A stretch of DNA of 64,000 nucleotides from Ascidiella aspersa (lineage: Eukaryota). Position numbers and translations under genes: made by a program. Positions 1 through 14,300 of the stretch are shown piece after piece; the first letter of the stretch is position 1; the number at the start of each line of letters is the position of its first letter. The stretch covers positions 29,574,001 through 29,638,000 of the forward strand of contig OZ004608.1 of the NCBI GenBank assembly GCA_963924565.1. The letters run 5' to 3'. Below the pieces are notes generated by a model that worked only from the letters and a program-made list of their open reading frames with translations, was not told where the DNA came from and ran no database searches.

Positions 1-2180
1 CTTCGTACCACCAAGGGTACACGTACCACTGGTTAAGAACCCCTGGATAAAAACTATAGTTTTTTAACCAGAAATCAGATCTTTTCGACAATTTTATTCA
101 ATCTTCATTGCCCGCACTGGTAATCGAAACGTTGGCACTTTAATAAAATTTTGCCGGAAGAGCAGTTTTACGATTGAAACAATGCCTGGCAGCAACAGCA
201 TATTCATGGAAATCAGATGTCACTGTTTATTTTTTATTTTTGTAAAATGTAGGATAATTAAGAAATTATTAGGTTTAAAAAGTGTGCCGCAAGTTATTTT
301 TTATGTTATCTTAGTATGCAGCAAGCTAAAAAGGCTCAAGAACCACTGGTGTACTCTGGTTGTATTATTGGTGATACTCAAACAACATAGGTTTAAATAA
401 TTTCATCCACCGTCCAATGCCATTTTGTTTATATTCCTTCACACAGATAGAGTCTTTCCTAGAATTTTTAGGGAGCAAACATAGCTATTAAGCAGCACTA
501 AAACCTTTTAATCTTTGGTAAAAGCCGTATTTGTCTAATTTCAAATCTGGAAATCAGGTGTCACTATTTAACGACAACTTGTTTAACAATTTTGACAGAC
601 TTTCGCACAATTGTGCTTCAGCAGGTCAAACTAGCTTACTTTTCTTAGATTGTCTTTATCTTGGGGATCTTTATCGGTGTGAAGGAATTTAAATTAATAG
701 AAACAAAGTGGCAAAGTAAGTTGAATGAAACTATCAGTATCAATACATTAAACCTTTTTGTTAAAATATCACCAATAATACAACGAGTGTAGATCAGTAG
801 TTCCCGAGAGATTTAAACTTGCGACATACTAATATACAATAAAAATAACTCCCGGCACACATTTTAACCCATAAAAAAGATTATCCTACACTAAAAAAAT
901 TATCCTGGTTTTCCAACATTTTGAGGTAACAATAATAATATTATTATTAATAATAAGTGAGGTAATATTAATAACCAAACAAAAAGGACAGGAACAAATT
1001 GATAACGATTTTAACAACACAACAAAAAACATATCATTCGTTATCAGACGCTGATGGTGGCACTTTTTAATACACAAAATTACGGTTTTCATGACTGTAG
1101 CTTTTTGCCGAAAAAGAATATATCCTTATACGGGATAACAGTAATACACCCGAGCTTAACGCTTAATGGTCCTTTGTTAGATTACTTTTAAGACACCCAC
1201 AAAATCTAAGGGTTGGTCTCAGAAAACAAGACTGTCTTGACGTGCCACGCCCACGCGCACACACCCCCATTGTGCAAAAGTGCTGAAACATGATGACGTG
1301 CTATGTTACACTGTTCGACCACAATCGTGCATTGGGTCACCCAAACTGAAAGAACAAGCGCATGTCGGTCCGTTTCGATTAAACACGTTTTGTCGTATTG
1401 TAGACGAAGTTTGTGCATTGTGACGAAAAAGAATGAAAAGAAAAACTTAGTGACGTCACGCGTGGTTGGAAGGCGCACGCGCGGAATTTACCTAAAGTGC
1501 CGCTGGCGGGGGGTTGGTTGGCTCGGTGTCAATTAATTACTCGGTTGAAATCAATTAATTGAAGAACGTAGCAAGCGAAGTGCCGCTCATGATTTTCTGG
1601 TCGAACGTCAAATCCGCTTGGGGAATTTTGGTGTTTTAAATTTAAGAGAGCGATATTAATTACATTTTGTTTTAGTAAGTTTCAAGATCATTACATGGGG
1701 TGAGCTCTACAATATACTACGCCGTTTTAGGCATTTACGGCTTTCTACGAGTTTTTGGCGTCACAATTAATGAAAGGGGAGTTTCAAGCAAATCAATCCC
1801 TATCGCTGAGAGTAAGTTTCCACGATTTCTTGTTTTTATTAGTAACGAATTATTACTAAAGAATGCCGAACAGCGTAAATCATAGTTATTTTAAGGGAAA
1901 AAATGACAATAATAGGTTGATGGATTTTTAAAGCGGGGGGGAACATACGATTACAAATCTGCCTTTGGTTTTGCCTCGGGAACAGTCTAAACGCCTAGCC
2001 TAGAGCACTTTAACTGTATTTCTAATATGTGAATGGGATAAGATTGTAATTTTTTAAAAAGAAGGTTATTTCGAGCATGTAAAAAAATGAACTTTAATCC
2101 CGAAATGAGTAAAACTTAAATGCAAATTTTTGACTATTTTTAAGCGTCGCTGAAAACAATTCCGAGGCCTTCTTTCTTAC

Positions 2181-2348
2181 CTCGGATTGCAAGATGGCGG
2201 CCCGCTGCTCCTTGGCGTTGAGCGACTCTTTGAGGACGTCGATGTGCTGGCGGCTGTCCGACTGCTGCTTGTTGAGCGTGTCCAGGCGAGTCTGCAGCGA
2301 CACCATGTCCGTGTCCTTCTTCTGCAGCTCCGACTTCAGCTGCTCGAT
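2181..2348 (-). CDS. ERC1: ELKS/ERC coding exon 11
   Basis: cag|IEQLKSELQKKDTDMVSLQTRLDTLNKQQSDSRQHIDVLKESLNAKEQRAAILQSE|gtaaga. Confidence 0.93.
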
Positions 2349-5300
2349 CTGAAAGAGTTAACGTTGTCGGTATTAAGCAGTGCTTTTTGAACTCCGGCAA
2401 ACTGAAGGTGTAAAATATGAAGATATCTCCTCGCCCTTGCACGTAAATGACGACAATGACTTCAAATGGGAGCAAATATTCTTTAGACCTTCCCTTCTTG
2501 GCCAACGTCAGTCATTTAAAAGATAAATGAAACTTTACGGATTGTTTTTTTTAAAATAAAATGTTGGAACCGTTTAGACATTTATTCGAACTGTTTTGTG
2601 GTATTAATTTTCTTAAAATACAGAGTTTAATGATTTCACCGGCGTTATACATTAAGGCTAGTTCGGTGCCTCCTAATTCCTCACCCTTCAGAAAAAATGT
2701 TGCATTCAGCCAAAAGGAAAACCCATATGATCTTAACAACTGAATGTACGTAGTTGACACAATACAAGTTTTTGTGCGGTCGGCACCCATTGTTTTGGTT
2801 CACACAATAACATTCTACCTGGGGTGAACCATTCAGCAGTTTACAAAACAGTGTTCTAAAGAGCGTAATTTCAGATTAGGAATGGAAAGAATTATTGCAA
2901 GAAAGCTGATGGTGCGCGAAATGTCGACAATCGAAATTCTGACATGATTCAATAACAGCTTGCGACAATAAGTACTTCCATTTTGTTTTTAATCAAATGT
3001 TGGTTTTTAGGAAAATGATACTTTGTCCTACTGCGTTTGGCAATATTAAGTAATTCAAAAAGACATATCTCAAGCAAGTAAAACGCAACGAAATTATGCG
3101 GATGTTTTGCATATTTAATCATTCTTATGAAAATGAAATAATATTTAATCAAAACGGCTTGTAAATTAAACTTGTTTCAAATTAATTAAATACTTAATTT
3201 TGAACGGGACTTAGTTGAAAAGATTTCGCCAATTCTAATTTGGGAAAACTAAACGTATTAGTCTGATCTCATTTTATTGAAAAAAGCAAAAACTATTTCG
3301 AAGCCAGATTGCAACTAGGGTCGTGTGGAATTTCAATGAAAACAGTAATCGGATCATCTTGGTTACAGGTTTCAGTGTGAAAATAAACATCAAATGAAGT
3401 GAAATAAACATCAAATCACACACAGAAAAAAAGTATTGTGTTTCGTTTATAGGGACCGGTTACCGTCAATCATTGCAGCAGACGTTTCTAAAAAAATGTT
3501 ATATATTTTTTCAAAAGTATATACATTTAACGTCATATGTTAAGTAGCGCATAGCTGTTTAGCCTTGATCGATGGAAAAAATCATCAAGTGACGTCATCA
3601 CACGCAAGAACAAGAACACTGAACGAAACCGATCCATCTTAAAATGTTCTATGTAAAATTGCTGTTTAAAATTTCCGGGTGCGTTAACACCAGTTTTTCC
3701 GGGCGTGCATGACAAGGTAGAAAATCATCCGATGATATATTGCAACCCGATGTATGATGCAAACTCAACTTAGACCTGAATCACCACCGCGTATATACGC
3801 ACTTGGGACAGGAGGCCAAATAAATCGGGCACAAGTGACTTTTTGACATTGCATTACTTCACTCGAGAGAGGTGCCTTACAGGTTAATATAGGGTGGTCA
3901 CCAGACTATCACAGCGTAAGTTGTCTACCGGTGATGAATTAAACTGCATTTTTTCTTGCCGTTAGAACACTTTCTTCTAGTGAATGTGTGAAAATCGTTA
4001 ACCAAAACCAGGCCATAGTATCTGTATCTAACCGATAGCATACTTCGATGGTGTCAATACATATATGATATCAATTCAACTTAAACCTTATATATTTAGA
4101 ACCGATTCAACGTTTCTGCTATACGAGATTTAACGGAGCATTTCTTACTTTTTTTTATAAAAAACAAAACAGACTTAAAAAAATCACGGGTACAAATGTT
4201 TATTGAAATAACCAATTTGTTAAATTGATTTTTCTTATTGAACAGAAGACATCGGACGTGTGGTCGCCGTTTTTGCACAAATATGTATGAAAAAAAGGCT
4301 TAAAAGATATAAAACGAAAGTCACAATTTTTGGACAAAATACTAGGACTTGTCGGCATATATTGGGTAATAAAACTATCGGACATTCTTATATGAGCGTC
4401 AATACCTTGGACTTCATGTAGTTGGAGTGGTTCTTGTATACGTCGAGCTGTTTGAGCTCTTCTTGCCTCTCTGCGCTGGTGATGGCGCCGTCGCTGCGAA
4501 TAACGTTCAGCTCATCCTGCAGCTCGTGGATTATGCGTTCCAGTGATCCGATTTTGGTGTCCTGTACATACACGCGTATATGTAACACAATAGAACCTTG
4601 AATTATATTTATTGGGTCGAAATTTTTGGTGAAATTTTTGTTTTCAAGGTGTTTTTATGTTTTTTAACAATTCAGGCGTTAAATTAAGCTGTCTAATATA
4701 GACCACATATATACTAGGCGTTTGTACACAAGAAGCAAGCATTTTAATAAACTGAAAGGATTCGGAAATCTGTGATTGGAAACCTATAGGTCAGAAGTAA
4801 CTTTTTCAGCTAAGGGAGCCATCAAATCCGAATATTTTAGGTTGTATTTCCATAAGAGCCATATTATATTTTTCAACATCTAATGTTGGAGTAGGCGCAG
4901 AAAAATACCGTGGCTAAGGTTGCAAAATTTCGATTACGGAGTTTTATGGTACGAACAGGGCCTTATATAGGCAAAAGGATTTTATCAAATCGGCTAACAG
5001 CCACGAAAAGACAAGCAGGATTCGTTTAAAAAGAATGACTCGCGAGCCATAGGTTCCCGGCCCCTGCTATATGTCAATGCGTAACACATCAATGGCAAAC
5101 CTCACCTACATGGGAATATGAGAATACGTATTTTCACAAAAATTTAACACCGTGTTGCAAAATGAGAGCGCGTGTTTCTGTATACCTTGAGGTCAATGAC
5201 GGACTGCTGGAAGCTGCTATTTCTGGTTGGGTCTTCGAAGCCTTGCGATGCATTCTGCATATCCTTCATACAAAACATTAATCAACTATTAAAATGCGAA

Positions 5301-8300
5301 ACACACATATCACTTTATTGTAACTAAAAAATGTGTGTAATAAGACGCCGCGGGTTGGGGTATGGTGCTGTTTATAACAGTTTTTACCAAATCAATTATT
5401 ATCGTTGTTATTTCTTTGTGTTTGGGGTTTGTTTAGAGGACTTTTGCATTGACTCTATTAAAAAAACGGAAATAATGTGAAGGTATAGTGAAAATCAGGC
5501 TTGAAAGGTAATTCCGCCTTCTTTTGAATATAGCACCTTCGCCGGCAAACAATATTAGTTACACGGCGGATGAATTGAGGGTTTTGTTTCTTAGCTAAAA
5601 GGTTAAGGGTTTCATCTCATGACGACGGGTTTTCGAATGGGCAAATCTGCAGCATGCGAGCCAAAACATTGACTGAGAAATGCATTTATACCGAATGTAC
5701 ATATAAGGTGAGCAAATGCATCGCGCGCTTGGCTCTGTTGTTATTTTAAAGCTTTGCTCTGCATGGGAAAGTTTCAATGGAGCGTAAGCGTCTATTCATT
5801 CACCAACCGAGGCGCTTGACACGGTTAAATTGTTTTTGGTTCAATAGAAACAAGAACACCTAACAACATGCCTCACGACAAGTCAAACAAAGTACAACTT
5901 TCATACCTCGACTCTTACGTACCACGAGTTTTTAGTATTTCTGTTATAACGAACACGATGGAGAATTTTGTTAAATTAGGTTAATTTGTATCCCGTTAAA
6001 ATATATTTTTTTATAACATCGCAAATACTTGCCATTGCCAACGATCTGAATTTCGGCAGCGTCCCGCTTTTTCGCAACATTTCCCTTTTTCTCCACTTAG
6101 GATTTTTGAAATGTTGTCAAATGTCTTACGCCAAGGCTAAACTCGGTATACAGTTATAGCTTTAAATTGAACTTTCTTTGCAAGGGACCGTACTATACAA
6201 TCTTCTGCAAATCTACTTAAAATTGAGTAAAGGGGTTTTGCGGCTAGAGGCTTTTAAGGCACTGCGTCGACACAAGCACTTAAGTTACGAATTGACATTT
6301 CAATTAAGTCTACATTTACCAACAGCCCGCAAACGAACAAGTCTAATTTAAACTACAGGCAGAGCATGTCAGTGGAGGTTTAAGAGCAGGCCACGTCAAC
6401 TCTGCTCACATTAGCTCAATCAACTTCGATATTTCGACAAACATATTGAGTAATCTGTTTCATTAGGCGACATAAAGTTGAATTCGATTCACGTTGCTAG
6501 GTATCAAAAGTGTTTTTAAGTTTATAACAGGATCTAGCTCGGATAGATTTTTGTTGGTGGTCGTGTTTTTTAATTCTAAATCTAAGGTTAATTCCTCTGC
6601 GGTAGTCAACCTATCCGAGTCTAAAAATCCGGTGATCCTGTTTAAGGACAAATTGTATTAAAATCTACAACCGCGCTTTATCAAGTTAAAGTAGAAATAC
6701 AAATCCAATTTGCCGCGAAGTGTCACCTGATTTCCAGACTCGGAAAGATTGAGTATCGCAGAGGGATTAACCTCGTCTGATTCGAAGCGTTTTTAATTAT
6801 TTATATTTTATTTGAACGTCATAGTCATTTTGAAAATTTGAGATAGAAAGAAACACCATCCAGTGCAAAATGACTAGCTAAGTACTGGATTATATAATCG
6901 ATAGGACTAAACTTGGAATAAACTCACCAGTTCTCACATAAACTGCGTAATAAATTTAGTTAATATTATTGCGTGCTGTACTTGAAATTTTCGTCGAAGC
7001 CAATTTAAGCTCAGCTAACTTGCAGCTCGGATCAAATTCCCGTCACAGCAAACCGTGTATAAGCGCAAATACAAGGAAATCCGGCCTTGTACTTCCTTTA
7101 CGCGTTGCATAATCGCAAACAAGCTGAACACGAGCAAACTGCATGTTGCAAAGGTAAAACCTTGTAAAATGTTAGTTGCTTAGACTGCAGTCAATTAGCG
7201 TTCTTTACTTGCAAATACATAAGAGACCTAAACCCAGCTAACAAAAATTCCATACTTCTGAAGCTAAATGCTACAATTGCCAATTTGCCTTAAATGTTGA
7301 TCTTTCGTAAGTGCTTAACTGACGTCACGATGCAGTGACGTAGACATCACATTTCCCAGAAATCCAGGCTGTTAACACTGTGTTAAATTCTGCAAACAGC
7401 AAAACGAAATTGTAAAAATTGTTCTTCCGGCAAAATTTTAATGGTTTTAAATTTAAAAATCGACATTTGGCCGAAAGAACAATTTAACAAATGAAACAAT
7501 GCCTGGCAACAACAGTATGCTCAGTAAAACTTAGAGTAACAGCAAAGGTAAGGCAACAGCAGACAAACAGGAGCACTCAGAAAACTAATCTGCGCCAATC
7601 GTCAACAAATAGATCGAAATCGTCGCCTCTACGGACGCTAACTCTTTGAATTATTGAAGGAAGGGCCGAAGGAGTCAGGTTAAAAGGCAGCAATCGATGC
7701 GACCGAGCCTGTTCCTATGCAAGGGCAGCTAGACTTTGATTCACGCCTAAGCAGTGAAGTTTTCAGTGGCTGGTAAACAGGAAAACGCTCGAGTTTGCTT
7801 CTGTGAACCCGGGCAACGCATTGCATTGCAACAAACGAGGATTCTGTATGGGACGATACAGTAGAGCGCCCAATCTTGCAGTGTATACAACGCGTTCGTT
7901 GAATGGACGTACGATGTACATTTCTGATTGAAACATGACAGAGACAAGGGTGGAGTCTATTTTACGCTTCCGTTGAAACATGATTTGATAATGTTTTACT
8001 GTCGTTCGGTTAGACACGTTAAGGCTGTTAGTGTAAAGCAGTGTTTCTCAATCTCGACCCTTTTTAGCGGCTAACTAAATAATAAGCACGGGTATAACAT
8101 CAAAGTTTTGTCGACCTAATTTTCTTCACTAAACTTCTCGTAAGCCAGTGAACAGCAACCTGGCTCAGAATCAATCTTACTAAAACTAACCATGTGAACT
8201 TTTACAGTGCGCAACTCAACCAAATTAAATGGCCACCCAAGTGGCGTGGGTACTGAATTTTTCCTAAGCTTAAAGTGAACAGAACACACATGAGACAATA

Positions 8301-11300
8301 GCATAAATAACCCTAATTTGAAGAAATGTGGGTCACGTTTCGTATTGCTTCCAAGTTTTTTTCAATTTGGGAGCATTATGGCTAGGTCAATAAATCTAAC
8401 CAAGTGAACGATTGCAGTGTGCGAACCAGCCAAATCAAATGGCGAACCAAATGGCGTGGGTAATGAATTTTTCCTAAGCTTAAAGTGAACAAAACACACA
8501 TGAGACATAAACAAACCTATTTTTAATAAATATGGGTCACGTTTTGTAATGCTTCCGAGTTTTTTTTTTTAATTTTGGAGCATTATGGCTAGGAACCTAA
8601 CTCAATAAATCTAACCATGTGAACGATTGTAGTGTGCGATCGATGCGAATCAAACGGCCACCGGATAGGTTGAGAAACACTGGCGTAATTAATGTGATTC
8701 TGTTTCCTCGTCTTAGTACAAATTGACGTGTGCAAGACAGTAAATTGACGTGGATAATACTGACGACCTCGCGTTACACCAGTGGTCAACAAACAAAATC
8801 ACGAATGACCATAATATTGATCGAGTTTCATTCAATTTCAATTTCGGAATAAGATCTAACTTTAGTTTAGGAAAATAAATGTAATCCGTCTTAAATTGAC
8901 AGTGAATCAAACATGTTTGAATATTCGTAGATTATGTCGAAAGTTTAGTTTTATTTATTTCAGGAGTTAGGTTTAGTTTAGTTTTCTGATGAACAAATTC
9001 CCTGGCCCGCTTAACTGCATTCAGTCTATTTTGTAGTTTTTTTTTGAACGGTGTTAATTTACCTTGTTTGAGTTAACACTAGTGGAGTTTATCCAATTCA
9101 AAGCTAGTTGAAAACAAACAAATCTCGAGTCTACACAAAATCCCGAAAAAACACAACACAAAAGAGCTTACCTGCTTGTATTTCTGCAGTTCTCGGTTCT
9201 TCTCGTTCAAGACGAGGTCGGCGTGTGCGAGTCGGCTCTCGCAGTCGGCCACCTGGACACGAAGGGCGTCCAACTCAACAGCCGAGTCAACGTCTGGGTC
9301 GTCGGGTCGCGCCGAACCTGCGTACAAAAGCAATGTTCTCGATAAGTTTGGGCGTTTTAAATGAACTAACTTAGGAGGAAAGTTCGGTCTATGGCAGACC
9401 GGAGAAAACTGCGGCATACAAGCCAGGTCAATTTCATCCGTCCCGTCCTATTTTTCATAGCACGCTTTTAGCAAAAAATAACCATTTCAATTTTTCATGC
9501 TGATCTTAGAAAATCTTATTGAACAAATTACACTTGAAAGGCAACCTCACTTTCCTTACCACCATGGCAAGGGGAGCCGAACCTGCGTCCAAATGCAATA
9601 TTGTTGTTCAGTTTTGGCGTTTTAAATGAACTAACTTAGGAGCAGGGTTGCGGAGTCGGAGAGTCGGGACTCGACGGAACGGGTTTGTTTTGCTGTAATC
9701 GGACTCGGGACTCGATAAGACCACATAAAACTACCCGAGTCCCGAGTCCGACGTGCGCAGAACCAAATTACAAACCTGATGAGGCCGCTAACTGTAAATT
9801 GGAAAGTGTAATAGCAAATTGTGGAATATTTTCCAAACATGTATTGTAAGTGAATGATTATATAACATCCCTGAAATATATGACATAACCGTTTTTCTCG
9901 TTTATGTATACCTAACATGCAGCAAATATAAAAATGTTTAATTAAGATGTAAATTTATAGGAACACTTCGTAGCACTAAAAACACCTATAAAGTAAATGA
10001 CAACTGGGATAAACATTAAACACAGGTATGAATTTAATCTGGGATCACCAGCCATTACGGAAATTCCACTGGCCAACGATAAGATTCGAAGATCGTGAAT
10101 CGGTGTTGTGAGTTCTGATCGCACAAAATGCTAATTCGTCAAGTGACAGTGGATGGCTTTCTTGCATTTTCCTTTTAAATGCTATAAGGGCAAAGGGCGA
10201 CGGAACGAAATTTTGTGAAACGTGTTGCGCTGTGAATGCATATATTTCCTAAAAAAGTATATTCTGTAAATCAAAATGCAAATTTAACAAGGCACCACAA
10301 CTTGTATAGTTTGGTCGGAAAACATATTTTAATAATAATTTTACCATATTCGTGCTTAAATTAGTCAAGATGAGCTTGGATTAGAGAGAGGTACAAGTCA
10401 AGTGATTTAACGAACTCGTGTAAAAGGTGAGTTCCCTTCGGCGCGACTGGAATTAACAGTCGAGACGCGAACTAATAGGCGTGACGTGTTTAGCTGCTTA
10501 CTTCCAAAACCAGGTCAGGGAAGTCAGGGAAAAAAGGCGGCCATGAAATATTGATGCGCGAACATTTTCCCGCGCCAGTTTAGGTCGTTGCGGAGCATGA
10601 AAAAGCAATTTTTTTACACGCCAAACACAAACACACGCGAAATGCCCAAAGGGGTAATTTCAGTCTTTTTACATATTGTATAATGTTGGACTGTGATGGC
10701 GTAAATAGCGCAATTTGTCCGCTTTTTGGCGTCTTTCGCTTAGTTGAAGTCATTGGTCTTCTTATATTTCGTGAATTTGCCACAGCCAATATAATTCTAT
10801 AAAAAATATGATACACTTTTTAAAATGCTTTATGCTCAATGTACTAAACCGAAAGAAAGGGAACAAATTATATATTACTTTAACATTTTTGCGCGGCGCA
10901 CCTGACAACCCTCCATCATCGCCGAAAATCAAAATTGTTTGGCGAAAAGCATAAAACCTATACTAAAATTTGAAAAAAATCGACGATTTGCTTCACACCA
11001 GAGTTGGATGTATCCTGCCGAACGTTTCACAACAAATCGAACCACAATCGTTGGTATTTTGGCAGCTATTTTGGATAACAACTGATCAGTGGTAAACTGA
11101 ACGAGCGCATTGGCAATCCCTTGGGAGTTTCATTGATAAATAATCACGGAAAAGCACGCCGGTAAATCGATTACAAATGCGCCTTGCTTCGAAAAAAGCT
11201 AAATGTGCCCAGTGCGGTCATTTCAGGAGCTCGAACTGCTAAAGGGGTTTTCCCGAATTGGCCGGACAGGGCTTGTGCATTATTGATGTGACCAGTCGCG

Positions 11301-14300
11301 ACGTAGCAATTATTCGCCAACAGAGTGTTACGTCACAGATGACGTGATGCGTTTATCTCTTCTATAAGGCAGGTCCGCGTTGCCGTTTGCTTATTTTGGT
11401 ACAAGTAGGCGCCAATGAGTAGGTGGGTTGCCACTTTCCACTGTGACTAAGCCAAGGCGCCCCAATAACGACGAATGGCGTCATCACAAGACCCACTTAA
11501 TTTGCAGGGGGGTGACGTCACGCCGGAAGCGGGTTTTAATTAGTTTGGGCGGCGCGCGCTGCGCGGTATATTTCCACGACACGGGAAATAAACACAATAT
11601 GTATATTGTATAAGATTGCTGGTAATGAGTTTTTAAAAAGGAATCGCGTGCTCTTGTTTATTTGCGGCACTCGATTGTAAAACAGTTGAAAATAACACCG
11701 CACTTGACGCATAATAACAAATAACCGATGTTTACAGGATTGTTCTGCGGGAAATTCCAATCCGTGTTAATAGTTAAGCGACAAAATTCACAAGTTATTT
11801 TGTCATCTAACAAGGTAAAAATATATCGGAAAATAAAAAGCCATCGCGTAACCAAGTTTAATTTTTTTGCCAGTTGTTCTCGTTTGTGCCGCGAGATTCT
11901 AGCACCCCTACTCTATTTAAAATGGTAACGCCCGTTTGCGACGCCAAGTTAAGGGAATTTAAAGGCTCGGTGACAGTTTCAATTTGCGTCAGAGTTTGTC
12001 ATCTATAAAATACGCGTTTCCAAAGACGCATTTCGGCTGGTTTGTCATACGCACTGCGTAGGCAGGCGCTTTTGACAAGGCTTCAGAAAACTGATAGTGG
12101 AAAACGCTGTTACAGGCATCATATAAACCTTATTTGAATGAATTTTATCCCCGTTCTAAGTGGTTTGATTTTTAAAATATGATCAGTTATTAGTAAATGT
12201 GTTTCTTAAAAACAAGACGAAGCTTTTCTGGGAATTGAAATCCATCGTATTGGCGTACGTGCCTACTGCCTATGTGTGTTATTTATTCGTTTTGTCACAC
12301 ATGTAGCGAGCACTTGGTAGCTAGTACTTAATAATATAGTTCAGGGGATCCAGGGTCTCTTGTCTAGGTGGTAATTCAGGAAAATTCTTCCGGTGAACTA
12401 AAGCTGCGCTACAGGAATTCATTTTTTACAATAATTGCGCGTGTAACTAAGTCAAACTTGACCCCTGTCAGAAATCCATAGCTTCTAAAAACGTTCTGCA
12501 AGCCCACGATAATCGCCTATATGCACTCACCTTTGCATTGCAGCATTTCGAGTAGCTTTCGCATCGACTCGTCCCTGGTGTCGAGCGTCTGACGTTGAGC
12601 CTCGATCCTAGTCTCCATCTCTTCCATGGTGCGCTGCAGAAGGCCATTCTCACGCAACAATCGCTCGTTGTCCTCTTGGAACATCCTATGAGGAAGACGA
12701 AGTGTGTGAGTTTGAGGGTGGTTTGAAGAGTACGGCTTTCAGATAGGGTAAAGCACATCTTGGTTAGACAATACAATACATTATACATGGATCTATAATG
12801 TATTAAAAATGATTTGCGGTGGCACATTTAACTGAAGATTATACGTGTTCGTATCTAAATGTCTTAATCGAGATGAGCTCGATCTACTCGATCTTTTTTT
12901 TTATTAAAAATTTACTTATTGGGACGACTTAAGAAAACATTTTTATCATTTTACATTTTTCTTAATCAAGTACCTTTAAAGTACCTTTTTTGGAATACTT
13001 GACTATCTTTTTTAAATAACTTAAACATCGTTTTGAAAGACTGGGTGAAAGTTTGACGTGGTTGAGTTACTGGGAATAGTTTTATGGTTTCTAGAGTTGC
13101 TAGAGATTATAACAATAATCTGTTTGCAACATTGTCGCCTACCTAAGTTGAGGCTATTTGAAAACAACTTCCTCGGTGAAGCGCACATGATTACTTGAGA
13201 ATCGTTAAACACACAATGTAAAAAGACAAATATTTCTAAAAAAGTTAATGTTGCCCGCTTTGATGTTTCGAGGAGATTTACATATCTGTGTTAATTTATT
13301 GTTTCCTGCTTATGAGCAACTAGCAGTTATTTTAATGTTTTTTAATCTTCGACTGCCTCATGTTGTTCTCCCCATAAATTAGTTAAAATGAAAAAGGCGA
13401 CAAGCGAACAATCTGTGTCGTCTTTGTGTTTTTGCGTAGGCCGCGCGATTTCGCCGCGTAGCATTTTCCTTGCGGTCAACATTTCTGGGAAACATGTGGG
13501 CAAATGCGCGCGTACGCGATTGAAACAGACCGCCTTTACCCCTTGCTGCGCGTTTGCACAGCTCAAAAAACAAACAATGCGGGCTTATCGCAATTCCTTG
13601 GTTATCACGCGTTGATTCAGTGGAACAACTTGCGCGTTCGATGAAACTTAAACAAAGCTGGGCTGCTTATTGTGCAGAAACATGACGTCAGAACTAGTGC
13701 TTGGCGACGCTTTGTCAAACATACGCAGTTCGAATTCGAGATAGGTTACGAAGTTACGCCAATCGTCGCGTGTTTGTTTGTTTATTATACGAGCTAGGTA
13801 CAAGGGTAAATAATATTATTTTCTGCTTGTAACGAAATTTGCCTGCGGTGAGAATCGAACTTCCAGCCTCAAACGTTTCAAGGCAATCGCTTAACAGACC
13901 GCTTCATATTGAAAGCAGCGAAAACTCTACTAGCAGTACTAAATCTGCAATTTTTCTTTCGGTCTAAACTAAATAGAGTTCAAGCGAGTTCGCCCCGTTT
14001 TTTTTTTTGCTTGACAAGTTTAAACGCGTTCGCCAAACACTGAGTAATGGTCAGTGTCATGTCGTTTTATGGCGATTAAGGAAACTATTGGGTCACAGCG
14101 TAACACGCGTATTTTATGGCGTTGACATTTGGTTTATAATATCACGGGGTCAAATGAGGTCGAATATCGATATGTTCAATCGAAAATGAACAGTTTTACT
14201 ACTTACGCTTATCTCGTTAAACCGGGCGTATGCTAAAATTTACGGCGGCATAATTTAATTGAAACGCACAAATGTTGCGACATATGTCCGAAAAATGAAA

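Noticed and set aside
6463-6790. Possible extra ELKS exon(s) on the minus strand
   Set aside because: No ERC similarity and no phase-compatible exon. TCTGGAAATCAGGTG.CACT also occurs at ~545-563, suggesting repeat origin.
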